Assembly (NCBI GenBank): GCA_965226585.1
Contig: OZ245366.1
Coordinates: forward strand, 480,001-544,000
DNA from: Thermodesulfobacteriota bacterium
GTDB lineage: Bacteria > Desulfobacterota_D > UBA1144 > Nemesobacterales > Mycalebacteriaceae
Reading direction: 5' to 3'
Length of the DNA: 64,000 bases
Part shown: positions 49,084 to 57,919 of the stretch, piece after piece
How positions within the stretch are numbered: the stretch's first letter is position 1
How the letters are laid out: each line of letters starts with the position of its first letter
Program-made: the position numbers and the translations under genes
Notes under the pieces: model-generated
What the model saw: the letters and a program-made list of their open reading frames with translations, nothing else
What the model was told of the DNA's origin: nothing
Database searches by the model: none

Positions 49084-51948
49084 ATGGACAAAGACTCTTA
49101 CCCTGACGGTTTTGATTTAAGGCACATCGGCTCTCTCGGGCGCGACTGCGGGGAGATGCTGAGCGAGATCAAGGCGGATTCTCTTGAAGCCCTCATCCGC
49201 CAGTCAGTTCCCGCAGACATTCTTGACGACAGCCCCCTTTCCATTCCGCCCGCCTCTGATGAGCACGGGTTTCTCAAAGAGATGAAGGAACTGGAGTCCA
49301 TGAACAGGCGGTTCAAATCGTTTATCGGGCTCGGCTACAGCGACTGCAAAACCCCCGAAATTATAAAAAGAAACGTGCTGGAAAACCCCGGCTGGTACAC
49401 GCAGTACACCCCTTATCAGGCGGAAATAGCGCAAGGGCGTCTGGAAGCACTTCTCAATTTTCAGACCGTTGTGTGCGATATGACGGGTATGGAGGTTGCC
49501 AACGCCTCGCTTCTTGACGAGGCGACCGCGGCGTGTGAGGCGATGGCGATGATGCACAGAATATCCCCGTCCGGCGCGGGCAGATTTTTTGTTGACAGCG
49601 GATGCTTTCCGCAAACCATTGAAGTTTTGAAGTCGCGAACCGAGCCGCTTGGGATAGAGACCGTTGTTGACAGTTATGAAAACTTTGACTCTTCCGCCGG
49701 TTTTTTCGGCGCGCTGGTTGCTTTTCCCGACAGGCGCGGACAGGCAAACGACTACTCGGATTTTATTGAAGCCGCCCACAAAGAGGGCGTTCTGGTGGCG
49801 GTTTCGGCGGATATTCTTTCGCTCGCCGTTTTCACCCCGCCCGGAGAGATTGGGGCGGATGTGGTTGTGGGCTCAACCCAGCGGCTCGGCGTTCCGATGG
49901 GTTGCGGGGGCCCTCATGCGGCGTATCTGGCGACCAGAGAGAAGTTTCAGCGGCAGGTGCCGGGAAGGATTATAGGGGTGTCGGTTGACCGCGAGGGAAA
50001 CCGCGCCTACAGGATGTCTCTTCAAACCCGCGAACAGCACATAAGACGGGAGAGGGCGACCTCTAACATCTGCACGGCGCAGTCTCTTCCGGCGATAATG
50101 GCGGCGATGTATTGCGTCTATCACGGACCCTCAGGGCTTGAAAAAACGGCGAAAAAGATTCACTCTTCCGCCCTCGCCCTTTCCCGCGCTCTCACCGAAG
50201 CGGGATTTTCACAAACCAATTCGCGCTTTTTTGACACACTTTCGTTTGACCTCTCCGCGCTTCCCCCCGGAACGGGGGAGAACATCAGAAAAGTATCCCT
50301 TGAGCACGGGGCGAACTTTCTTCACGAAGAGGGCAGGGTGGGCGTTTCGCTTGACGAAACAACCGGAACCGCGGAATTGAACCTCATAGCGCGGATATTT
50401 TCCTCCGCCGCAGGCAAAGACGCCCCGGCGGTTGAGGATTTGGAAAACGGCGACAGCCTCCGGGGGCTTGAGAGAAAGACCGCGTTTTTATCTCATCCGG
50501 TTTTCAACACGCACAATTCGGAAACGGAGATGGTCAGATACATAAAACAACTTGAGAACAAAGACCTTTCGCTTACGCACTCCATGATACCTCTGGGTTC
50601 ATGCACAATGAAACTGAACTCCGCTTCGGAACTTGCTCCGGTCAGCTGGGACGGTTTTTCAAACATCCACCCGTTTGCCCCGCGCGAGCAGATTGCGGGA
50701 TATGAAAAAATCATCAGCGAGCTGGGCGGCTTCCTTTGCGAGATAACGGGTTTTTCTTCCGCGTCATTACAACCGAACTCCGGGGCTCAGGGCGAGTTCG
50801 CGGGGCTGATGGTTATAAGGGCGTATCACAGAAACAGGGGAGACGAGGGCAGAAATGTGGCTCTTGTTCCGTCTTCCGCTCACGGAACAAATCCGGCGTC
50901 TGCGGCGGCGGCGGGGATGAAGGTTGTTACGGTTGCCTGCACGGGTGACGGCTCCATAGACACGGACGACCTTGAGAAAAAATGCGCTGAAAACGCAGAA
51001 ACTCTTTCAGCGATAATGATCACCTATCCGTCCACTCACGGCGTTTTTGAGAAAGACATCAAAAAAGTGTGCGCGACCGTTCACGCCCACGGCGGGCAGG
51101 TCTACATGGATGGCGCGAACCTGAACGCGCAGGTTGGAATCACAAAACCCGCGCTCATAGGCGCGGACTTGTGCCACGTGAATCTTCACAAAACTTTCAG
51201 CATACCGCACGGCGGCGGAGGTCCCGGAATGGGCCCCATCTGCGCCGCCGCGCACCTTGCCCCGTTTCTGCCCGGACATCCGTTTTCTCCGGAAGGCGGG
51301 AGCCCCTCCGCTTCCGCTCCCGTCGCCTCCGCCCCGTGGGGAAGCGCGAGTATAACGGTGGTTTCCTACGCCTATATCAGACTGCTTGGCGCGGACGGAG
51401 TTAAGAGCGCGACCATGCACGCGATACTGAACGCCAACTATATGAAGCAGCGTCTTGGGCGCACTTACAAGGTTCTCTATGAGGGAGACGGCGGCCGTGT
51501 GGCGCACGAGTTTATTCTGGATTTGAGAGAGTTTAAAAAGAGCGCGGATATAGACGTTGAGGACTTTGCCAAACGGCTGATGGATTACGGCTTTCACGCC
51601 CCGACCGTCTCATGGCCCGTTGCCGGAACCATAATGATAGAGCCGACCGAGAGCGAATCAAAAGCCGAGATTGACCGTTTTTGCGAAGCTCTTGAAAGCA
51701 TCCGCGCTGAGATAGCGGACATAGAGGCGGGAAAGGCGGACAAGGCGGACAATGTTTTGAAAAACAGCCCGCACACCGCGAAAACCGCAACGGCGGACAT
51801 CTGGGAACATTCCTACTCGCGCCGGGAAGCCTGCTTTCCCGCAGGTTTTGTGGAGGCGAACAAGTTCTGGCCCCCCGTATCGCGCATAGACAGCGCTTAC
51901 GGAGACAGAAATCTTTTCTGCACCTGCCCTCCGCCGGAAGACGATTAG
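49084..51948 (+). CDS. gcvP: Glycine dehydrogenase (single-chain P protein)
   Basis: YTPYQAEIAQGRLE, ATSNICTAQ, PLGSCTMK, NLHKTFSIPHGGGGPG. Confidence 0.97.
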   Translation: MDKDSYPDGFDLRHIGSLGRDCGEMLSEIKADSLEALIRQSVPADILDDSPLSIPPASDEHGFLKEMKELESMNRRFKSFIGLGYSDCKTPEIIKRNVLENPGWYTQYTPYQAEIAQGRLEALLNFQTVVCDMTGMEVANASLLDEATAACEAMAMMHRISPSGAGRFFVDSGCFPQTIEVLKSRTEPLGIETVVDSYENFDSSAGFFGALVAFPDRRGQANDYSDFIEAAHKEGVLVAVSADILSLAVFTPPGEIGADVVVGSTQRLGVPMGCGGPHAAYLATREKFQRQVPGRIIGVSVDREGNRAYRMSLQTREQHIRRERATSNICTAQSLPAIMAAMYCVYHGPSGLEKTAKKIHSSALALSRALTEAGFSQTNSRFFDTLSFDLSALPPGTGENIRKVSLEHGANFLHEEGRVGVSLDETTGTAELNLIARIFSSAAGKDAPAVEDLENGDSLRGLERKTAFLSHPVFNTHNSETEMVRYIKQLENKDLSLTHSMIPLGSCTMKLNSASELAPVSWDGFSNIHPFAPREQIAGYEKIISELGGFLCEITGFSSASLQPNSGAQGEFAGLMVIRAYHRNRGDEGRNVALVPSSAHGTNPASAAAAGMKVVTVACTGDGSIDTDDLEKKCAENAETLSAIMITYPSTHGVFEKDIKKVCATVHAHGGQVYMDGANLNAQVGITKPALIGADLCHVNLHKTFSIPHGGGGPGMGPICAAAHLAPFLPGHPFSPEGGSPSASAPVASAPWGSASITVVSYAYIRLLGADGVKSATMHAILNANYMKQRLGRTYKVLYEGDGGRVAHEFILDLREFKKSADIDVEDFAKRLMDYGFHAPTVSWPVAGTIMIEPTESESKAEIDRFCEALESIRAEIADIEAGKADKADNVLKNSPHTAKTATADIWEHSYSRREACFPAGFVEANKFWPPVSRIDSAYGDRNLFCTCPPPEDD

Positions 51949-51957
51949 GCGGCGCGT

Positions 51958-52893
51958 TTAGATTCTGAGGTCTATCAGGGAGTTGCTGAAACCTTCTTCT
52001 ATGACGGACGAGATTATGCGCTCGGTTTCCAGAAAAGCCATCTCTTCAATCAGCGAGTTTTTCAGTTCGGGCGGAACAATCACTCCGCTGTCTTTTACGG
52101 CAATCACCCTCACGATGTGAAAACCCGCGCCTGACTTCACGGGCCCGTTCACGTCTCCCGGCTCCGCGCCGTCCACGGCTTCCTGCAGAGGTTTGATAAG
52201 TTCGTCGTATTTGAAGTATCCGAGGTCTCCCCCTCTGGCGGCGGTTCGCTCGTCAATTGAATGTTCTGCGGCGAGTTCCGGAAAGTTCGCCCCTTCTTTT
52301 TTTGCTTCAAGCGCGATTTTTTCCGCCGCCTCAAGAGAGTTCCGCTTTACGGACGGCAAAAGTATGTGGGCTATTCTCACTTGCGCGGATGAGTCCGCGT
52401 CCGGGTTTTTCTGTCTGTAATACTCTTCAACCTTCTTGTCGTCTATGGAAAGCCCCGACCGCGACACTTCGTATTGCACAAGTTTTCTGGTCAGAATCTG
52501 CACGCTCATCTCCCTGAAAAAGCCGTCCATCGTGAGATTTTTTTCAGTAAGCGTTTTTACAAAACCCGCGTCATCAAGCCCCTGAGACTTTTTGAAATCC
52601 GCCGTGGCGGCTTGAAGTTCTTCGGGAGACGTTTTGATATTTCTTTTCGCGGCTTCCTGAAAGATAAGCGTTTCGCTTATGATGTTGTTCACAATATCGT
52701 CTTTTGACGCCTGAGGGGCGCGCTGTCTCACCCTGTCTGCCCTGCGGTTGTATTCGGAGAGCGTGACTATTGAGTTGTTGATAACTATGGCAATTCCGTC
52801 AACCTTCTCCTTTGCGCGCGCGTCCGCCGAAAGCGCGAGGACGAAGGCGAGAAAAACCGCAATGATGATTTTTGCTCTGGTCACGAAATTCAA
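51958..52893 (-). CDS. SurA-like parvulin peptidyl-prolyl isomerase
   Basis: SurA N-domain, HILL, GGDLG, GFHIV; downstream of mfd. Confidence 0.88.
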   Translation of the reverse strand: MNFVTRAKIIIAVFLAFVLALSADARAKEKVDGIAIVINNSIVTLSEYNRRADRVRQRAPQASKDDIVNNIISETLIFQEAAKRNIKTSPEELQAATADFKKSQGLDDAGFVKTLTEKNLTMDGFFREMSVQILTRKLVQYEVSRSGLSIDDKKVEEYYRQKNPDADSSAQVRIAHILLPSVKRNSLEAAEKIALEAKKEGANFPELAAEHSIDERTAARGGDLGYFKYDELIKPLQEAVDGAEPGDVNGPVKSGAGFHIVRVIAVKDSGVIVPPELKNSLIEEMAFLETERIISSVIEEGFSNSLIDLRI

Positions 52894-52902
52894 TTCTACA
52901 CC

Positions 52903-55900
52903 CTAAACGCTCTTTATAGAAGAGAGAAGCCGCGCCGCTCTGCCCGCCGCTTTTTCAGATATGCCTTTGCGGAACACCGTCCGCCACTGTCCGCCGCTTT
53001 CAGAGAATGTTGCCACAGTTTCCGCGCGGTCTTTTGATGTGTAAGCCCTCGCCCCGCCGCTTTTTATCTCCATAAATCCAACCGAGTGTTTTTTCAAAAT
53101 GATTTTCAGGGCGGCGAGGGCGAGCAGATTTTTCAGCCGCGCGGGCGGGGGCCCGAACCTGTCCGTCATCTCTTTTTTCAGTTTGTTCACCTCCCCGATT
53201 GCGGATGATGACGATATTCTTCTGTAAAACACAAGTCTTTCCCCGTTGTTTGCCACATAGTCTCCCGGAATGCGGGCGTCTGTGTTTATTTTGATTTCCG
53301 TCTCAACCGTTTTTTCCGTCTTTCCGGTTTTCAGGCTTTCCACCGCCTCGCGAAGCATCTCCATATAGAACTCAACGCCCACGCCCGTTATATGCCCCGA
53401 CTGCTCCACGCCGAAAAGGTTTCCAACCCCGCGCATCCGCAGGTCTGAAAACGCCAGTTCGTATCCGCTGCCGAAATCCCACAGTTCGGCAAAACGCCGG
53501 AGCCGCCGCCACGCCTCTTCCGGCGGGCTGGTTTTTTCAGGCACAAGCAGGCACGCGTACGCCTGTTCCGACCCGCGCCCGACTCTGCCCTTGAGCTGGT
53601 AAAGGTCTGCCACTCCGAACCTGTGCGAATCGTTCACGATTATCGTGTTTGCCCTTGTTATATCAAGCCCCGATTCCACTATCGCGGTTGTTACGAGCAT
53701 ATCAACCTCGCCGCGCGCGAACCTTTCAATTCTGCTCTCAAGATCTTTTTTCCCCGTTCTGCCGTGCGTGATTTCAATTGACACTCCGGGCGATATTTCC
53801 TCAAGCCGTTTCGCTGTCTCGCCGATGTTTTCAATCCTGTTGTGTATGAAAAACACTCCGCCGCCCCTGTTCGTTTCCCTGCTGATAAGGTCGCGTATCA
53901 GATTTTTGTTCCACCGCTTTATCTGTATTTTCACCGGAAGCCGTCCGCGCGGCGGCGTGCTGATGGGGCTGATGTCTCTCATTCCGGCGAGAGAAAGCTG
54001 GAGCGTTCTCGGTATGGGAGTTGCCGAAAGCGAAAGCACTTCAAGGTTTTCCTTCATCGTTTTCAGTTTTTCCTTGTGCCGCACACCGAATTTGTGCTCT
54101 TCGTCTATTATCAGCAGACCGAGATTTTTGAATCTGACCCCGCCGCCAAGCAGTTTGTGCGTTCCGATAACGATGTCCGCCGTGCCGCGCTCAATTTCCT
54201 CAAGTATCTTTTTGCTCTCGCTCTGAGTGTTGAACCTTGAGAATGCCACCGCGTTTACCGGGAATTTTTCAAGGCGTTTTTTTGCGGTTTTTATGTGCTG
54301 GCTCACAAGCAGGGTTGTGGGCGTTATAAAGGCGACCTGAAAACCGTCCATCGCCGCCTTGACCGCCGCGCGTAAAGCCACTTCGGTTTTTCCGAAACCC
54401 GTGTCGCCGCATATCAGCCTGTCCATAGGGCGCGGCGACTCCATGTCTCTCATAACGTCTTCTATCGCTTTTTTCTGTTCCGGAGTTTCCTCAAACATAA
54501 AACCCATCTCGAACTCCCTGAACTCCGCGTCCGGAGGCGAAAACCTGTGTCCCGAAACTGATTTTCTGCTCGCGTACAGTTCAAGCAGTTCCCTTGCCAT
54601 GGTTTCGGTCGCTTTCTTCGCCCCTTTGACGGTTTTCCGCCACGTTACGCCGCCCAGTTTGTCTATCTTCGGCTTGCTTTCATCGCCGCCCGAATATTTG
54701 TGAAGAAGGTTGAACTTTGACACGGGAACATAAACGCTGTCTCCGCCCTGATATTCGCACTCTATAAAATCGCCCGCCGCCCCTCTAATCGACAGATTTT
54801 TCAGCCCCCTGAATATCGCAATTCCAAACTCCCGGTGAACCACAAGGTCTCCGTCTTTCATCTCACCGAAAGCGGATTCAAAAGACGCGGGTGAAAGTTT
54901 GTCGTTTGCCGGGGTTTTTGCCGCGGGGATTTTCTCCGTAAAATCGCGCTCGTCTATAAACGCCGTTCCCATATCCGGAAAAACAAACCCTCCGCCCGCG
55001 GTTCCGGTGTGGAACTCCGCTCCGGAAACGCCTTCCGAAGCAAAAATCTCGCGCATCTTCTCCGCTTCGGCCGCGCCTGAGAGAAACAGTTTCAGTCCGT
55101 ACCCCTCGCGCTTCAAAAGTTTTGCCGCGTTCAGTATTTTTCCCGCCGTTGTGGATGTTTCTCCGCCCCCCGGCGGCACGGGAGAAGTTTTAAAATCTAT
55201 CTCCGCCGTGTTCAGGCTTCGCGCCAGAACTTTTTTCCGCCCGGCAATCTTTTGTTCCATTTCCTCCGCGCTGAAAAATCCGTCCGTATCTGACTCCGCG
55301 CCCGCCCTCGCGGCGTTGCCGAGAGATTCTCCGGGGCTTTCATCGTTTTTTTGCTCAACAAACACAATGCCGCCGCAGTAGTCAAAAACAGACGCCTCCG
55401 CCTCTCCGCCCCCCGTCCCGCTCAGACCGGCGGGAAGAATATGCGCCCCGACCGCCTGCTCCGTTGACATTTGGCTTTGAGGAGAAAAAAGTCTCATAGA
55501 CCGTATTTTGCCGCCGGAAAACTCAACCCTCAGGGGCGTTTCCCCTCCGGCTCCGGCTACGTCAACAATCGCGCCCCGCACAGACATTTCTCCCTCAAGC
55601 CGCGCGAACTCCCTGTCTTCGTAACCCATTTCCCGCAAGCGGGCGGCAAAAACATCTCTCTCAATTTTCTGCCCGGCTTTTACGCTCAGAGAGACGGATT
55701 CAAGAAGTGAAGGGTGAACAATTTTCCGCGCGGCGTCTTCAAAGGTGGAGCAGACGATTTGAGCGTTTTTCGCCCGCGCGGCAAAAGAAGCGGTGTCCCG
55801 CCCCGCAACCGGCGGCTCTTCTCCCGTAAACGCCGCAATGGCTTGCACAGCCCGCGCGCAGTTTTCGCTTGAGTTTGCTATGTAGAGAAGGCGAGTTTTA

Positions 55901-56124
55901 AGGTGTTTTGATATAAGACAGGCGATAAGGAAAGATGAGCCGCCCGCAAGTCCGGACACTTCCACTTCGCCGTCTGCAGGCGCGTTCCGCAGGGTTTGCG
56001 CGAGCGTTCCAATCCTGTTTCCGGGGTCTGAGGCAAAGAGGGAAAGCCCTTCAACCGGGGAGTTTCTCGCGGGCGCTACCGTTTGAGAAGTTTGCCCGCC
56101 ACTGTTTCTCCCATCTCGCGGCAT
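52903..56124 (-). CDS. mfd: Transcription-repair coupling factor (start uncertain)
   Basis: RGAIVD, VVHREFGI, CGDTGFGKT, DEEHKFG, SATPIPRT, QLKGRVGR, TRCF tail. Confidence 0.92.
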   Translation of the reverse strand: MPRDGRNSGGQTSQTVAPARNSPVEGLSLFASDPGNRIGTLAQTLRNAPADGEVEVSGLAGGSSFLIACLISKHLKTRLLYIANSSENCARAVQAIAAFTGEEPPVAGRDTASFAARAKNAQIVCSTFEDAARKIVHPSLLESVSLSVKAGQKIERDVFAARLREMGYEDREFARLEGEMSVRGAIVDVAGAGGETPLRVEFSGGKIRSMRLFSPQSQMSTEQAVGAHILPAGLSGTGGGEAEASVFDYCGGIVFVEQKNDESPGESLGNAARAGAESDTDGFFSAEEMEQKIAGRKKVLARSLNTAEIDFKTSPVPPGGGETSTTAGKILNAAKLLKREGYGLKLFLSGAAEAEKMREIFASEGVSGAEFHTGTAGGGFVFPDMGTAFIDERDFTEKIPAAKTPANDKLSPASFESAFGEMKDGDLVVHREFGIAIFRGLKNLSIRGAAGDFIECEYQGGDSVYVPVSKFNLLHKYSGGDESKPKIDKLGGVTWRKTVKGAKKATETMARELLELYASRKSVSGHRFSPPDAEFREFEMGFMFEETPEQKKAIEDVMRDMESPRPMDRLICGDTGFGKTEVALRAAVKAAMDGFQVAFITPTTLLVSQHIKTAKKRLEKFPVNAVAFSRFNTQSESKKILEEIERGTADIVIGTHKLLGGGVRFKNLGLLIIDEEHKFGVRHKEKLKTMKENLEVLSLSATPIPRTLQLSLAGMRDISPISTPPRGRLPVKIQIKRWNKNLIRDLISRETNRGGGVFFIHNRIENIGETAKRLEEISPGVSIEITHGRTGKKDLESRIERFARGEVDMLVTTAIVESGLDITRANTIIVNDSHRFGVADLYQLKGRVGRGSEQAYACLLVPEKTSPPEEAWRRLRRFAELWDFGSGYELAFSDLRMRGVGNLFGVEQSGHITGVGVEFYMEMLREAVESLKTGKTEKTVETEIKINTDARIPGDYVANNGERLVFYRRISSSSAIGEVNKLKKEMTDRFGPPPARLKNLLALAALKIILKKHSVGFMEIKSGGARAYTSKDRAETVATFSESGGQWRTVFRKGISEKAAGRAARLLSSIKSV

Positions 56125-57155
56125 CCGACCTTCCTGCATCCTTCCTCGTATATGTCTGCGGTTCTCAAACCTTCATCCAGCGCGCTCCTCACGGCGAGGT
56201 CTATTTTTTCCGCCTCATCGTTCATTCCGAAAGAGTATTTCAGCATCATAGCGACAGACAGTATAGCCGCGACCGGGTTGGCGATGTCTTTGCCTGCTAT
56301 GTCCGGCGCGCTTCCGTGAACCGGCTCGTATATCGCGCCGCCGTCTCCCATGCTTGCGGACGGAAGCATTCCAAGCGAGCCCGTGAGTTGCGCCGCCTCG
56401 TCGCTTATGATGTCGCCGAACAGGTTTCCCGCAAGGATTACGTCAAACGTTGCGGGTCTTCTGATTATCTGCATCGCCGCGTTGTCCACGTAAAGGTGGT
56501 CAAGTTTCACGTCCGGGAACTCTTCCCGCCCGACTTTTGAGACCGTTTCCCTCCACAGAACCATAGATTCCAGCACGTTTGATTTGTCAACCGAGGTGAG
56601 AATTCCCTTCCGTAACTGCGCGGCGGCAAACGCTTTTCTTGCCACGCGCTCTATTTCCGGTGTTGAGTATGAGAGCGTGTTGAAGCCCTTGCGCCCGCCG
56701 TCCGGAGAGTCTTCAATCCCTCTCGGCTCCCCGAAATATATGCCGCCCGTCAACTCGCGCACAACAAGTATGTCTGTGCCGGAGACCACCTCTTTTTTAA
56801 GCGATGACGCATCCGCAAGCGCGGGATAGACCTTCGCGGGACGCAGATTGGCGTAGGCGTCAAGCTTTTTTCTGAGCGTAAGCAGACCGGTTTCGGGCTT
56901 GATTGAGTGCTCAATATTTTCCCATTTTTCGCCGCCCACCGCTCCCAGAAGCACGGCGTCCGCTTTTTCCGCCATAGCGATAACCTCGTCCGTTACGGGA
57001 ACTCCGTGTTTATCTATGGAACAGCCGCCAAAAAGCGCGGTTGTTTTTTCAAAAGAAACGCCTGATGCTTTCTCCGTTTCTTCAAGCACCTTGAGAGCCG
57101 CAGAGGTTACTTCGGGACCTATCCCGTCACCGGGGATGATTAGAATGTGAGGCAT
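56076..57155 (-). CDS. leuB: 3-isopropylmalate dehydrogenase
   Basis: PGDGIGPEV, RELTGGIYFG, VDKSNVL, YEPVHGSAPDIAG. Confidence 0.97.
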   Translation of the reverse strand: MPHILIIPGDGIGPEVTSAALKVLEETEKASGVSFEKTTALFGGCSIDKHGVPVTDEVIAMAEKADAVLLGAVGGEKWENIEHSIKPETGLLTLRKKLDAYANLRPAKVYPALADASSLKKEVVSGTDILVVRELTGGIYFGEPRGIEDSPDGGRKGFNTLSYSTPEIERVARKAFAAAQLRKGILTSVDKSNVLESMVLWRETVSKVGREEFPDVKLDHLYVDNAAMQIIRRPATFDVILAGNLFGDIISDEAAQLTGSLGMLPSASMGDGGAIYEPVHGSAPDIAGKDIANPVAAILSVAMMLKYSFGMNDEAEKIDLAVRSALDEGLRTADIYEEGCRKVGCREMGETVAGKLLKR

Positions 57156-57181
57156 TTAAGAGGGGAGTATATCACAGCGCC

Positions 57182-57919
57182 TTAATACTCAACCTTTTCC
57201 AAAAACAGCCCCTGCGGCGGAGCCGACACTACGTCAACCGTTTTTACGCCGGTTTTCATTATCTCCTCAAAACCCTTTGCGCTCAGTTTTCCCCTGCCCA
57301 CCCGCACAAGCGTTCCGACAATCAGCCTGACCATTCGTTTGAGAAAACCGTTTGCCTCAATTGAGAAAATAAGAAAATCACCGCTGTTTTTCAAGGTCGC
57401 GGAAAAAACCGTTCGCACCGTTGTCCGCACCTTTGAATCCGCGTGCGCGAATACGGCAAAGTCATGCTCTCCCACCACAAACCCGCAGGCGTCTCTCATC
57501 GCATCCGCGTCAAGAGGCTGGGGTATGAACCAGCAGGTTTTTCTCTCAAGCGCGGACGGGGAAGGGCGGTTCAGTATTTTATAGACATAAGTCTTTTTAA
57601 TCAGGGAAGCCCGCGAGTGAAAATCTGACGGCATTTCCTCCACGCGGCTTACCGAAATGTCTTCGGGCAGAAAAGAGTTAAGCGCCTTGCACAGGGTTTC
57701 CGTGTCCATCTCCGTTCCGGTGAGAAAATTCGCCGTCTGCGCTATGGCGTGAACCCCCGCGTCTGTTCTGCCTGAGCCGTGAATGGCGATTTTTTCGCCC
57801 GTGGTTTTGAGGATGGACTCCTCTATTTTTTCCTGAATTGTTACTTCCGATTTTGTCTGTCTCTGCCAGCCGTTGTATGCCGTGCCTTCATATTCCACTG
57901 TTAATTTGATATTTCTCAA
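57182..57919 (-). CDS. truA: tRNA pseudouridine(38-40) synthase
   Basis: YEGTAYNGWQ, GSGRTDAGVHA, APPQGL. Confidence 0.96.
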   Translation of the reverse strand: MRNIKLTVEYEGTAYNGWQRQTKSEVTIQEKIEESILKTTGEKIAIHGSGRTDAGVHAIAQTANFLTGTEMDTETLCKALNSFLPEDISVSRVEEMPSDFHSRASLIKKTYVYKILNRPSPSALERKTCWFIPQPLDADAMRDACGFVVGEHDFAVFAHADSKVRTTVRTVFSATLKNSGDFLIFSIEANGFLKRMVRLIVGTLVRVGRGKLSAKGFEEIMKTGVKTVDVVSAPPQGLFLEKVEY

